From NCBI GenBank assembly GCA_951406725.2, contig OX597821.1:117552001-117616000 (forward strand): a stretch of 64,000 nucleotides of DNA. Direction: 5' to 3'. The stretch comes from Octopus vulgaris. Lineage: Eukaryota. Position 1 is the stretch's first letter, and every line of letters begins with the position of its first letter. The notes below the pieces were generated by a model that worked only from the letters and a program-made list of their open reading frames with translations, did no database searches and was not told the origin of the DNA. Positions 40,428-53,250 of this stretch are shown here, in pieces. The position numbers and the translations under genes are program-made.

Positions 40428-40470
<43 letters not shown>

Positions 40471-40473
<3 letters not shown>

Positions 40474-40737
40474 TATAAAAATTAGAAAAAACACCTTTTA
40501 TCAATTCAATAATGAAAAATTAAATTATACCATCTAGAAAATTACATATATGTTTTATCTTATATTTAATCTTTCTATAATATGTAATTTTCTAGATGGT
40601 ATAATTTAATTTTTCTTTATTGAATTAATAAAAGGTGTTTTTTTCTAATTCATATATATATTATATTTTGTGAAATTTGATTCAGTATTTCTAAATTGAA
40701 TTTTTCCCTGTAAGTTTGGAATAATATTCCCTCATAT
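40471..40737. repeat. AT-rich dispersed fold-back repeat in (TA)n; other copies at about 19845-20045 (+) and 41316-41492 (-)
   Basis: Inverted arms about 40481-40548 and 40580-40651 plus unique tail ttatattttgtgaaatttg...gaataatattccctc. Confidence 0.7.
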
Positions 40738-41107
40738 TATATATATATATATATATTTGAGGTTTGATAAAAAATATACAGGGCTGTTGCTATGGTAATG
40801 GAGCATGCAGAATGATGTCACTTGGCACAGACTGACCTTGAATTCTGTCTCACATGCACAGTAAGTTAAGATGTTCTCTCTCACTTCCGTTATTTATAGC
40901 AGTACTGGGAAGTGAAGTGTGTGGAGTGTGGCAGGGAAAATATGTGTGTCAGGGGAGAGAGACATGGCTTGAAGGTTATTACAGCCAAGAATCTTTCCAA
41001 ATTACAAAACTCAAATTCCAGTTGAAAGGAAAATGATTTCAAGGTGTTGAGAAAATGCAAGAGAATGCAATGAGGTGGCTGCTTGCTATCTGGAAACCAT
41101 GCTGCAT

Positions 41108-41186
41108 AAGGGGACCACTTTGAAGGGGACCACTTTGAAGGGGACTACTTTAAAGGGGACCACTTTGAAGAGAACCACTTTGAAGG
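41108..41186. repeat. 15-bp tandem repeat, 5 copies
   Basis: aaggggaccactttg repeated. Confidence 0.9.
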
Positions 41187-41262
41187 AGATTAGATACCGA
41201 ATTGGTAGGTGTTGTAGTTTTCTTTTTATAGCACCAGTCATCATACTTTTACATCAGACCTC

Positions 41263-41321
<59 letters not shown>

Positions 41322-43385
41322 TTTGAGGGAATATAATTCCTAACTCACAGGGAAAAATTCAATTTAGAAATACTAAGTCAAATTTCACAAAATATAATAT
41401 ATATATAAAAAACTAGGAAAAAACCACCTTTTATCAATTCAAAATGAACAATTAAATTACACCATCTAGAAAATTAAATATTATAGAAATATAAATATAT
41501 ATATATATATACACTCATACACACGCATACACACACACATGTATGTATAGTTTTTAATGGCTGAACTTGAAGTAGATAAAGCTATAACAGAGAGCAAATA
41601 TTCTTTTCTACTGCAGGCACAAAGCCTGAAATTTTTGGGGAGTGGGGGCCAGTCGATTAGATCGACCCCAGCACACAACTGGTACTTAATTTATTGATCC
41701 CAAAAGGATGAAAGGCAAAGTTGACCAAGGCGGAATTTGAACTCAGAACGTAAAGACAGATGAAATACCTATTTCTTTTATTACCCACAAGGGGCTAAAT
41801 GCAGAGAGGACAAACAAGGACAGACAAATGGATTAAGTTGATTACATCGACCCCAGTGCATAACTGGTACTTAATTTATCGACTCCAAAAGGATGAAAGG
41901 CAAAGTCGACCTCGGCAGAATTTGAACTCAGAAAATAAGGACAGATGAAATACTGCCAAGTATTTCACCCGGCATGCTAACGTTTCTGCCTGTTTGCCAC
42001 CTTACAGAGAATAAATACTGAGTTCAAAATCCCTTTCGATTGGGAAAAAGTTGAAGGACAGCCATGGGACTTGATCCCACTTCTTCTGTAAATATGAAAG
42101 ATGTTCTACCATTGTACCAAAGCAATCCTTCAAATTTTACCATCCATCTTAGAAGCTTTGTTCTTACCTGAGAGAACTGTTTACTGTTTAGGTCGTAAGA
42201 AACTTTGAGAGACATCAAAAATATATAAATATATCGGTGCAGGAGTGTGTGTAGTAAGAAATTTGCTTCCTAAGCACATGGTTCTGGGTTCAGTCCTACA
42301 GGAATGCTCTTTGGACTAGTGTCTTCTACTTTAGCCCTGGGCTGGCCAAAGCCTTGCGACTGGATTTGGTTGACAGAAACTGAAAGAAGCCCTTTATATG
42401 TGTGTGTGTGTGTATCCCTCCCACCACCTCTTGACAACTGGTGTTGGTGTACTTGCACCCCATAACTTAGCAGTTTGGCAAAAGAGAATGATAGAATTAG
42501 CACCAGGCGTAACAGATAAAAAAAAGAAATTTTCAACCAAATTTCTTCAAGGCAGTGCCCCAGCATGGCCGTAGTGTAGTGACTGGAACAAGTAAAAGAT
42601 ATATACAATCCCTCTCACACATATATACATATATTATACAACCAGAGCTGACCAATGAGTTCAGTAGACGGAAACTGTGTGGAAGCCTGTTGTATATGAG
42701 TGTGTGTGTGCATATGTGTGTGTGTGTGCATATGTGTGTGTGTGTGCATGTGTGTGTGCGTGTGTGCACTTGTGTGTGCATTGTTGTTTTCCTCATCATG
42801 ACTTGACAACTGGTGTTAGTTCATTTGTGTCCCTGTAATACCCCAGCATGGCCACAGTCCAATAACTGCAACGAGTAAAACTAGAAGATAATAGAATATA
42901 AAAGACAATCTCATGTTCCACCATTATTTTGTCTCTAGAATCTATTGAGGCAAAACCTATTGAGTCAAGTACGTCAACATCAAAATAAAAGTTCAAATGA
43001 AAATTGTAGTTAAGACACCTGTGCTGGTGACACGTAAAAAGCACCGTCCAAACATGGCAGATGCCAGCGCCACCTGACTGGTGCCCGTGTCAGTGACACA
43101 TAAAAGCACCAATCGATCATGGCCGTTTGCCAGCTTGCTCTGGCCCCTGTGCTGGTGGCACGTAAAAAACACCCACTACACTCACGGAGTGGTTGGCGTT
43201 AGGAAGGGCATCCAGCTGTAGAAGCACTGCCAAATCAGACTAGAGCCTGGTGCAGCCTCCATAGCTTACCAGACCCCGGTCGAACCGTCCAACCCATGGT
43301 AGCACGGAAAACGGACGTTAAATGATGATGATGAATCTCTGAAGAAAGAAAGCAAAAACAAAGAAACAAATGATGGGACACTCAC

Positions 43386-43508
43386 AGCAAACGGATTCTT
43401 TTTCATCTGAATTATCACGGCAATCGTTATCTCCATCACAAACCCATGAATTAAGGATGCATTGATGGTTGTCACAAGTGAAAAGGTCTGCTCCACATTC
43501 TGGATATT
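43386..43508 (-). CDS. LRP2: LRP2-like exon: LDLa III-9
   Basis: ag/gtgag, 123 nt; [40 protein letters not shown]. Confidence 0.94.
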
Positions 43509-44364
43509 CTGAAATCATAATTAATTTCAATAATTCATTTGGATTTTCATTTAATGATGTATATGTGTGTGTTACACAGTTTTCTTGAGTGTTGGGCCTC
43601 AGATGACTGAGACCTTTGGCAATCTGCTGTGCTTGAGAAGGAAGACTCATCAAGCCATATGAAATCATAGCCGTGGCAGATACTGGCCCTTGTGCCAGTG
43701 GCATATAAAAGCACCCATTGCCCTCTCAGAGTGGTTGGGGTTAAGAAGGGCATCCAGCCATAGAAACCATGCCAAATCAGACTGGAGTCTGGTGCAGCCC
43801 CTCAGCTTACCAGCAACTCTCCGACCCATGCCAGCATGGACAACAGACGTTAAATGATGATGATGATCATCATTTACACCTGTTACTTAGCTTGTTACCA
43901 ACAATGGTGTGACTATTAACACTGACTGTGTGGTTAAGAAGCTCACTTTGCAACCAGGTGGTCTCTGGTTCAGTCCCATACTGTGACACTTTGGACAAAT
44001 GTCTTCTGCTATTATTTTGGGCAAACCAATGCCTTATGAGTGAATTTGCTTGATGGAAACTGTGGGGAAGCCCATCATGTGTGTGTGTCTGTGTCTGTGT
44101 TTGCCTATCACCACAGCCTAACAACTGGTGTTGGTCTTTTTATGTCCCTGTAACTTAGTGGTTTTGCAAAAGAGATCAATAGACTAAGAATCAGAGCTAA
44201 CTGTTCCCCCACCCCACCCCATCAAGAAAAAAAAGAAAAGAAACAGAACATAAATCCTTGGGTTAATTTGTATGACTAAAACCTTTCAAAGTAGTCTCTC
44301 CCAGCATGGCTGCCATCCAATGATTGAAACCAGAGAAAGAGATAGAAACAAGCATTTCCCTGAA

Positions 44365-44563
44365 CCCTTTAACGTTCAAATTCAGTTGCAATTAATCGTT
44401 TTTCAATTAATTATGCATTGTCTTGTAGTTCTGAGGCTTTGATGATGTGATTGTTTATTTTTAGAATGACACGGCAGAGTAAGTGCAAGAGGCCAGATCT
44501 TGACAGTTTCAACATGAAATTGAATATTTTGGGTTGGTCATGGCTGGATTAAATGCTAAAGGG
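44365..44563. mobile_element. piggyBac-like MITE
   Basis: Ends ccctttaacgtt / aatgctaaaggg with degenerate TTAA flanks; related ends near 9236-9250, 10596 and 52824. Confidence 0.5.
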
Positions 44564-44720
44564 TAATTTCGTTTTTGTATTTGGTTTGCAAGATTCTTTA
44601 TGTGAATTCCTGTGTTGAAGCATATTCTGTTGTGTCTGGGGAGAGTCATTCTGTTGGTTCGTTAGTTACTGCACGCATTTTTTTTCTCTCCTTCTTTCTG
44701 CGTTTTTCTCTCTCTGTGTA

Positions 44721-44758
44721 TCTTTCTGTTGAAGAGCGTAGGTTCGAAACGTTAAAGA
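44721..44758 (+). ncRNA. Minimal hammerhead-like motif with non-canonical core (family C)
   Basis: tcttt-CTGTTGA-a-gagc gtag gttc-GAA-AcgT-T-aaaga; further copies on the minus strand at 2304-2342 and 710-747. Confidence 0.45.
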
Positions 44759-44988
44759 CTTGTTTTATTTATATTTCCTGAGCGCCATACTAATACAATT
44801 GTTTGTTTGTTTTCCACCTGCCTTCGTCTTTTGTCTATTTTCATAAAGCTTCCCGTTATATATATTTTATATATTCGAATCGAATTGTACTTGGACTCAA
44901 TAACTTTAATTTTTAAAGAAATGTCCCAAACTTTTGGCCACACAGTATCCATATTAATATATATATATATGTATACAAAAGTACTTAC

Positions 44989-45246
44989 CACAATTGTCAT
45001 GTTCATCAGAACGATCACCACAATCGTCTTCACGATCACAAACAAATTTTGATAGAATGCAGCCACCATTTGCACACGCAAACTCATTATCATCACAGAC
45101 ATCTGGTGGACAAGACTGGCGTTCATCCTCTCCATCGGCACAGTTTTTATCTCCATCACATACAAATGTTTTTTTAATGCATGGGTAAATTCCAATATTG
45201 CGGTTATGCGTGCAGTTAAATTCATCAGCACCACATGCAATATTTC
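44989..45246 (-). CDS. LRP2: LRP2-like exon: LDLa III-7 and III-8
   Basis: ag/gtaag, 258 nt; NIACGADEFNC...CDGDKNCADGEDERQSCPPDVCDDNEFACANGGC...CGDRSDEHDNC. Confidence 0.94.
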
Positions 45247-45517
45247 CTGAAACACAAGTCAAAAGTAAAAATTTTAATAAAGGAAAATAACATAAATTCT
45301 GGTTTGTTATAAAAAGCACCAACTGATCATGGCCATTGCCAGCCTCCCCTGGCACATAAAAAGCACCCACTACACCCTCGGAGTGGTTAGGATTAGGAAG
45401 GGCATCAAGCTGTAGAAACACTGCCAGATCAGACTAGAGCCTGGTGCAGCCTCCTGGCTTCCCAGACCCCTGTCGAATCGTCCAACCCATGCTAGCATGG
45501 AAAGCGGACGTTAAACA

Positions 45518-45552
<35 letters not shown>

Positions 45553-45983
45553 ACAGGCATTTTTCTGTGGATGGTGTCGATGTCTAAGTACATTTCAGTG
45601 ACCCAAGTATTTAACTGGTACTTCTTTCATCAGTCCTAGAAAGATGAAAACTAAAGTGGACTTTAGCAATATTGAAATCAGAACAAGGCTGTTGCCGTGA
45701 GTGTCACCGGCCAATCTCCATGGCAATGCCTTAGCAATTAAGTCTGCAAAGTGCAGTTAAACACACCATTTCTTCTTTGAAATCGCATGATAGTGTAAGC
45801 AAAACGGTACCATGCAAGCAGTGCTCTTTGTCTGAGAGATGTCTTCTGAGAGATATCTGGTCACGGGGAAATATTACCTTGCTTGGAAACAGGTAAGGGT
45901 TGATGACAGGAAGGGCGTCCAGTTGTATAAACTCTGCCTCATGTGAGCATGGAAAAGCGGATGTTAAACAATGATGATGATGG

Positions 45984-46029
<46 letters not shown>

Positions 46030-46409
46030 ATATGCATGATTTCTAACTAATATAATAAATGTAGTAAATATGACAATTTCACTCCAAGGGATTCAAGATA
46101 GCAAAAAAATACTTCAGCCTCTGAAAGGGACTAAGACTTGTCAGTGCTAAAGATTAATCCCTTTTTAATTATTGCAGTTAATGATTCACTCACAGATGCA
46201 TGCCCATCTGCAATGAGAAGTATTTTATTATGAACCTGGAGCTTCTGAACCTTCCATCATTAATAAGAAGCATGTTATAGTGTTTTATTTTATTTTCATT
46301 TTTATTATTATATAAATTATTGAATAGTTTTAGAAACACGATTTCTTTTTTCTCAGGATATTGCATTGTAGCAAATTTCTGGGTCAGGCCATGAAAGTTT
46401 CAGAAAGGG

Positions 46410-47095
46410 TTGTATCTCAAGTAAGAGTCAACTTAGATGAGATGCAGTTTGGTTTTGTGCCAGGGAGAAGTGCTTCTGGTGCTATTGTCTTAATAAGGCA
46501 ACCGCAGAGACACACTCAGTGAACTAGGTAACCTCTGTACTTGGTATTTGTTAATATGGAGAAAGCATTTAACAAGGTACCTAGTCCCTCATCTATTGGT
46601 CACTGCAGAAGCTAAGGGTAGATGACTGGGTGGTGAGAGCCATCCAAGCCATGTAAAGGGATGCTGTCAGAAAGGTGAAAGTCAGTAACGAATATAGCAA
46701 TGAATTTACTATGCAGGCAGGAGTCCACCAAAGCTCAGTTCTTTGACCCTCCAGGCCATAACAGAGGTATTCAAGACTTGTTACCTATGGTTACTTCTCT
46801 ATTTTAATGGCCTCGTTCTTATAGTTGAATCTATAGTAGAATGATAGAAAGATATTTGGGTAAGGAAGCAAGGCCTGAGATCCAAGATCCTTAGCGTTAA
46901 TAAAGACCAAAATATTAGTGAGTAGGAAAACAGACAAATCTCTAATCCCTTCTGGGAAATGACTCTGCTTGATATGTAGAAAAGGTGTTGGTAGAAATTC
47001 CATACAGTGTACCCAGTGCAAGCTATAAACACATAGGAGGTGCAGCGGCATAGCAGGTAGGTTAACAGAGGAAGCAGTCTTTGTGTGGGGTAGAT
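46410..47095 (+). mobile_element. Degenerate RTE RT fragment
   Basis: gatgagatgcagtttggttttgtgccagggaga..., gagaaagcatttaacaaggtacc and cagtgcaagctataaacacatagg match the 36989 element; many stops. Confidence 0.78.
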
Positions 47096-47237
47096 GTACT
47101 AGGGTCGGCTGAAAAGTTCTCAGGCTGACCAAGATACTCTCATGGAACATGAAAGACTCCCGTTGGACATAACAAACTTTGTTTTTTTTTATATATATTA
47201 ATGAAGATAAAGGAAAGTAAGACAATCAGTGACTTAC

Positions 47238-47363
47238 GACAATCAATCGCTTCATCCGAACCATCAGAGCAATCATTTTCTCCATCGCACATCCAGGCTT
47301 TATAGATGCATCCTCCTGAGCCGCATGCAAACATGTGGCTGGCGCATGTTAAATTCACATGAC
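47238..47363 (-). CDS. LRP2: LRP2-like exon: LDLa III-6
   Basis: ag/gtaag, 126 nt; [41 protein letters not shown]. Confidence 0.94.
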
Positions 47364-47546
47364 CTGAAATAAACAACTGCACAGATTTTATATAAAATTT
47401 CATTGGGCAGAAAAAATAATGTCCATTGTTGCCTTAACGTCTTTTAAAGAGGAGGAATCACTTTATTTGAGGGAGTTTTGATGTATTCATCACATTTGAT
47501 GCCCATTTAAATACAACGTTACAGCCTGTATATTATTACATTAATG

Positions 47547-47885
47547 TGAAGGTGCATGGCTCAGTGGTTAGAGCATCGAGCTTATGATCGTGAGGTTGTG
47601 AGCTTGAATCCCGGACTGGGCTGCGTGTTGTGTTCTTGAGCAAGACACTTTATTTCATGTTGCTCCAGTTCACTCAGCTATAGAAATGGGTTGCGATTTC
47701 ACAGGTGCCAAGTTCTATCGGCCGTTGCCTTTCCCTTGGATAACACTGGTAGCGTGGAGAGAGGAGACCGGTATGCATGGGTGACTGCTGGTCTTCCATA
47801 AACAACCTTGCCTGGACTTGTGCCAGGGAGGGTAGCTTTCTAGGTGCAATCCCATGGTCTGTGTCGTGACTGAAGGGGGTCTCAG
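47547..47885 (+). mobile_element. tRNA-headed SINE; related copies near 10028, 49757, 50275, 50447, 56365 and 61968
   Basis: tggctcagtggttagagc...gcttgaatcccgg, then shared cttgagcaagacactttatttca...ctccagttcactcagct body. Confidence 0.72.
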
Positions 47886-50763
47886 AATTATTACATTGAA
47901 GCTGACTGATTAAAGGCTAAATCTATTTAATTGAAACCAGACAAGGAGAGGCATTGGACTAGGTCTCACAATACAATCTGGATGCTATCACATTATTGTA
48001 ATTTCAATTCCCATACCAGGGGATGTGTTGCGTTCTTCATCAAAAGACTTCATTTCACATTGCTCTGCAACCTCCTCATCAACATCTAAACATGTGGCAC
48101 ATGGTGCACCGAAACAAACAATATCGATTTGATGACAGGACTGAGCTAATGAACAACACAAACATTTGATCATTATTAACAAATTGTTTGTGCAGGCTGT
48201 TCAGTGAGAAGCTTTGATATCACCTTTCTCAGACTTGAGAGACAACAAACATCATTGCAACAGCTTCACAATGGAATTATTACTCCAAGACTATTATATC
48301 TTGTGATTTAGTTCTTCAATAAATTTTAGAATTAAAGTTTAACCATTATTTCATTTTATTGAAAACTTCATGAAATTTCAAAACAAAGCTGCAAAGGAGA
48401 GAAAAAAATGTTGCCAGAAAATTATGAGAAAAGCAAACCATTCCATCTGGCTTCAGAAAGAAGAGGACTTGTAGTGGTGCAGTAAGAATGAGCAGTGAGG
48501 ATGATTGAAGCATCTGGCCCAGAGCTGCAACATTTGGCACAACAAAGCTTGTGTGTTTTTTGTCTGGGCAGCTCTGTTATTAGTGGTGAAAGGGGCTGGG
48601 GCCCCTACAGAATTGCTTCACTCTTAACGAAACTCCTGCATTTGAAGATGGAGTACAGCAGCACCTACAATACTAGTGTTTACCCTAAACTACAATTTAA
48701 TGAAATTTTAGGTTTAAAGTTTATCCCTATAAGACTCCAGATCCCTAGTGTACCTAAAAAGGGCAAGGGTATGATCTCCCCAGCTGGTCTTTCTTGGAGT
48801 AGAGGGTAGCAAACTTAAGAACCACTCTCGGTGGCACAAACTCCAGTCACACCACTACGGATGATAATTGTGGATACTAAAATGGTTTGAAACCAAATTA
48901 ACATTCATTGGTTCGTTAAAAAACCATTGAGATATCTCTGAAGATTTGTGGCACCGAATAGAACGTGTGAGATTTTGAGACTGCACCAGCATGGCCAGTT
49001 TACATGTGTGTGTTTGCTGTAGCTATATTTAAGGTATGCTCTGTGTAAAGAAGTGATTACTCTGTCAGTTCTGATGACAAGTGTTCCAGTTAATCAATGG
49101 AACAGCCTGTGCATGGAACAGCATGCACAGTTAGTCAATGGAACAGCCTACTCATGAAATGAATGTGCAAGTAGCTGAGCAGTAAACAAAAGCCGTACTC
49201 ATTATGGTGTTTGTTTCCAGGACTCCTTGTTAACATGTCTGGATGGTTTGTTGTTCCATAGACTGGGAGATTACTACTTCATTTGAAAACAGATTAGGGT
49301 TGGCAACAGGAAAAGCATCCAACCATAGAATAAATTGCCCCAACATATTCTTGTCTGACTTACACAAGCATTGCATAATAATAATAATAAATGAATGTCA
49401 CCATTATGCAACTGGTATCCTTTGTTTCTGGTCTATTGTAAAAAACATGGGGAAATATTATCATACTTGGAAATAAATGAAGGTTGATGACAGGAAGGGC
49501 ATCTGACCTTAGGAAATCCACCTCAACAAATTCTGTCATTTTACCAAATAATTTTGATATTTTGAGATATTCTATATTTTATAGATTGCAAATTATTTCA
49601 CAAGCCAGACATTGTTAACAGCGCAAGAACTGGGAGAGGATATAAAAGGTGGTCTTCTGGAATGAAGGGGAGAGAGTTTCTTGCTGTGAGGTTCCCCACT
49701 GTACATAAGAATTTGGATATTGATATGCAACTTTCATTGTGGTATTCCTTAAACTGTGGAGGCACTTGGCTTAGTGGTTAGGGTGCCAGAATCATGATTG
49801 TAAGATTGTGGTTTTGATTCCTGTACCAGGCGACACATTGTGTTTTTGAGCAAAACACTTCATTTCATATTGCTCCTGTCCACTCAGCTGGCAAAAACGA
49901 GTAATGTTGCGATGGACTGGCGTCCCATCCAGCTGGGGAATACATACACCATTGAAACCGGGAAACCGGGCCCATGAGCCTGGCTAGGCTTTAAAAGGGC
50001 GCATTTATTATTTTTTTATTCCTTAATCTATGGACTATATTCCCAGGATGGTAGCCAAGTAGGCCATTGCTCTTTGATGTGAATCCAATCTCACTAATGA
50101 AGAAGATAATCGTTAATGTTCGTTTCAATCGTTAATGTTTGTTTTGCTTCTTTGTATCTGATAAGAATTCCTGAAATTCTATTTTACACTAAATATTAAC
50201 CATCAAAGCTCTGAAACAGTTAAACATTAACCATTCTAACACAGGTCTGCCATTGAACTCATTGAGCTGTAGAAATTGCATGGCTCAGTGTTAGGCTAAC
50301 AATGATGAGGCAATGAGTTCTATTCCTGGACTGGGCTGTGTGTTGTACTCTTGAGCAAGAAACTTTATTTCATGCTGCTCCGGTTTACTCAGCTGTAGAA
50401 ATGAGTTGTGACGTCACTGGTGCCAAACTGTATCAGCCTTTACTTTGGAGGTGCATAGCTTAGTGGTTAGGGTGTTGGACTCATGATTGTAAGATTGTGG
50501 TTTCAATTCCTCAACTGGGTTACACATGTTCTTGAGCAAAACACTTCATTTCACATTGCTCCAGTCCACTCAGCTGGCAAAAATGAGTTAATCCTGTGAT
50601 GGACTGGCATCCCATCTAGGTGGGGAATATATACACCATTAAAACCAGGAAACCGGCCTTCATGAGCCTGGCATGGCTTGAGAAGGAAACATTGATTTTT
50701 TTCGACAATCTGTGTCACTTCTTAGATCGACATAGAAATATAAAAATGTGCTTCTTTACTTAC

Positions 50764-50862
50764 AGTTAGTTGGTTCATCTTCCCCAGTTGAACAATCTTC
50801 AGTACCATCACAATACCAATGAGAAGGAATACAGCGATTGGCTTGCAGGCATCGGAAATGGC
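50764..50862 (-). CDS. LRP2: LRP2-like exon: LDLa III-5 (absent from ORF track)
   Basis: ag/gtaag, 99 nt; [32 protein letters not shown]. Confidence 0.92.
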
Positions 50863-51021
50863 CTGAAAGAAAAACCAGGCACAGAGTCATTACTCAATTC
50901 TCAAACGTTTTAAGTGTTTTTACGCACATTTGCAATTATATTTGAGGTAAAAATTAATTGCTAGTGTGAAATCAGCCATACCTGTAATTATATTCATCAA
51001 TTAATATTACACATTGGGAAG

Positions 51022-51660
51022 GGTAGTGAGTTGGCAGAATCGTTAGCATGCCAGGCTGGATACTTTGCAGCGTTCTGTCCATCCTTACATTTTGAGTTCT
51101 AATTCTGCTGAGGTTGACTTTGCCTGTCATCCCTTATAGGGTTGATAAAATAAGTACCAGTTAAATACTGGGGTTAATGTAATTGACTTATCCCACTCCC
51201 CATAAATTGCTGGCCTTGTGACAAAATTTGAAATTAGTTTTACACATTGTGAAAATGGCAAGCTGGCAGAATCATTAACACATCAGACAAAATTCTGCAA
51301 AGCATTTTGTCTGTCCTTACATTCTGAGTTCTAATTCTGCTGAGGTCGACTTTGCCTGTCATCCTTTCAGGTCAATGAATTAAGTACCAGTTGTGTACTG
51401 GAGTCGATCTAATCGATTGGCCCCTTCCCCCAAAATTTCAGGCCTTGTGCCAAAATAGAAAGGCAGAATCATTAACACATCAGACAAAATACTTTGCAAC
51501 ATTTTGTCTGTCCTTACATTCTGAGTTCTAATTCTGCCGAGGCCGACTTTGCCTTTCATCACTTTTGGGGGTCAATAAAATAAGTACCAGTTAAAAACTG
51601 GGGTCAATGTAACTGATTTACCCCCACCCCCCGAAATTGCTGGCCTTGTACCAAAATTTT
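51022..51660 (+). mobile_element. Three tandem copies of the abundant SINE with core gcctttcatcctttcggggtcgataaa...agtaccag; many more on both strands (e.g. 34700, 35232, 41610, 55400)
   Basis: Repeated gagctggcagaatcgttagcatg...ctgagttc(a/t)aatt...gaggtcgactttgcc...aagtaccag...ggccttgtgccaaaa. Confidence 0.75.
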
Positions 51661-51699
51661 ATAAACCTTGTGAAAATGTTTGAAGAATTCTTTACAAAC

Positions 51700-51846
51700 C
51701 TGTACAGTTTGCAGCTTTGCAAAACATTGCGTTCTCATCCGAGTTGTCCCCGCAGTCATCATCTCCATCACACAGCAGATGTATTCTGACACAAATATTA
51801 GAGTTTGGGCATTTCACTTTATTCTCTGGACACGTCATGTTGTTGG
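51700..51846 (-). CDS. LRP2: LRP2-like exon: LDLa III-4
   Basis: ag/gtttg, 147 nt; [48 protein letters not shown]. Confidence 0.92.
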
Positions 51847-53127
51847 CTGGGAGGAAGAATATTTCTGAATATTAATCATCCCAATAATTGCTATCATTTA
51901 AGACTGATTTTGATGCCAAATTAATCTAACTCACCACCAACGTAATCAGAGTTGGGTGCTTTTTATATTGGAAATAGCCCCTTAACAAAATGGTATCTTT
52001 GGGCCCTTTTTGTCAAAAGCTATTTGTGAGTTTTCCCTTTTGTATTTGGTTTGTAAGAATCCTGATTTGAACTCATGTCTTGAAATATAATCATTGGTAA
52101 CGTAAGTGGTCTTAATTCCAAAAAGGAATATTTATCCACACTTAAAAGTGAATATTGTGTTACAAGACAGAATTCTGCCTTATTTACCATGAAAGAATCT
52201 CTCGTAAGGGACTTGGGGTGCATATAAGCACTCGTGTTTATATTGCTAGCAGGAGATAATCATTTGCAGCACACACACACACACATGCATTCATGTGTGT
52301 GCACACCTACACACATGCTCTCTCTTTATCCCTCTCTCACATACATTCCCACTTCATCGATATAAATATAAATATGAAACCTGGAAACCAAGGGACAGGC
52401 GGACATGAAGCAGACTTAGATCAGAGAGGGAATGTCATTGATGACAATTCAACACCAATAAGAGTTCAGAAAAGATGGCTGAGAGTTGAGAACTGAGGAA
52501 AAGTCATGGATGGTCTCTGCCCCATGAGGAATGAGGATTTGGGTTTTAAGTGATTTGTTCAGGTCCCTTAACTGAGAGAATATGACTTCAACCAATCAAG
52601 AGATAACATGAGCAAGAAATTCAGTCTCCATTGAGTTTTTAAATTGAGGCAATGAAATGAGTGAGATACATCCAGGAATGAAGCAAATATCGGTAATTCT
52701 GTAGAATAAGAATTGTGGCTAGAGACATTTTAGTGTTGTTATTGCTGTTGCCGTTTACTGAATAAACATCTGCATCACAGATCCAATAATTAGAAAATGA
52801 GAAAGGTCAGTTGCCAAGATACTTTAACCCTTTTGTTACCATGTTTCTCTTGGAATGCTCTGTCTTTGTTTTAATTAATTTTGAAAATAACGAAGAATAT
52901 AACGAAGCAACTTTATAATTAGTAATTTGGTGTTTGGAACAAAAATTAACTTCAAATTCTCTTGGAAGATTTTAATTTAGATCTCCTTAAAACAGGAAGT
53001 TTACACCATAGAACCATTTTTAAAGTTCTTTGGTTTTATGGATGCACCTCTCAGATATGTACCTGATAAAATTTCCCTCCTAAAGACGCCAGACAGGTAA
53101 AGTTGCTATAAGCAATTAAATACTTAC

Positions 53128-53250
53128 GGCAGTTCTTTTCATCAGTCTGCTCTCCATCCCGACATTGGTCATAGCCATCACAAACCTGTGCAGCATCGAT
53201 GCAACGGGAATTCTTGCAGGTAAACTGTGCTGGGCCACAAGTTGAGGCAT
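53128..53250 (-). CDS. LRP2: LRP2-like exon: LDLa III-3
   Basis: ag/gtaag, 123 nt; [40 protein letters not shown]. Confidence 0.92.
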
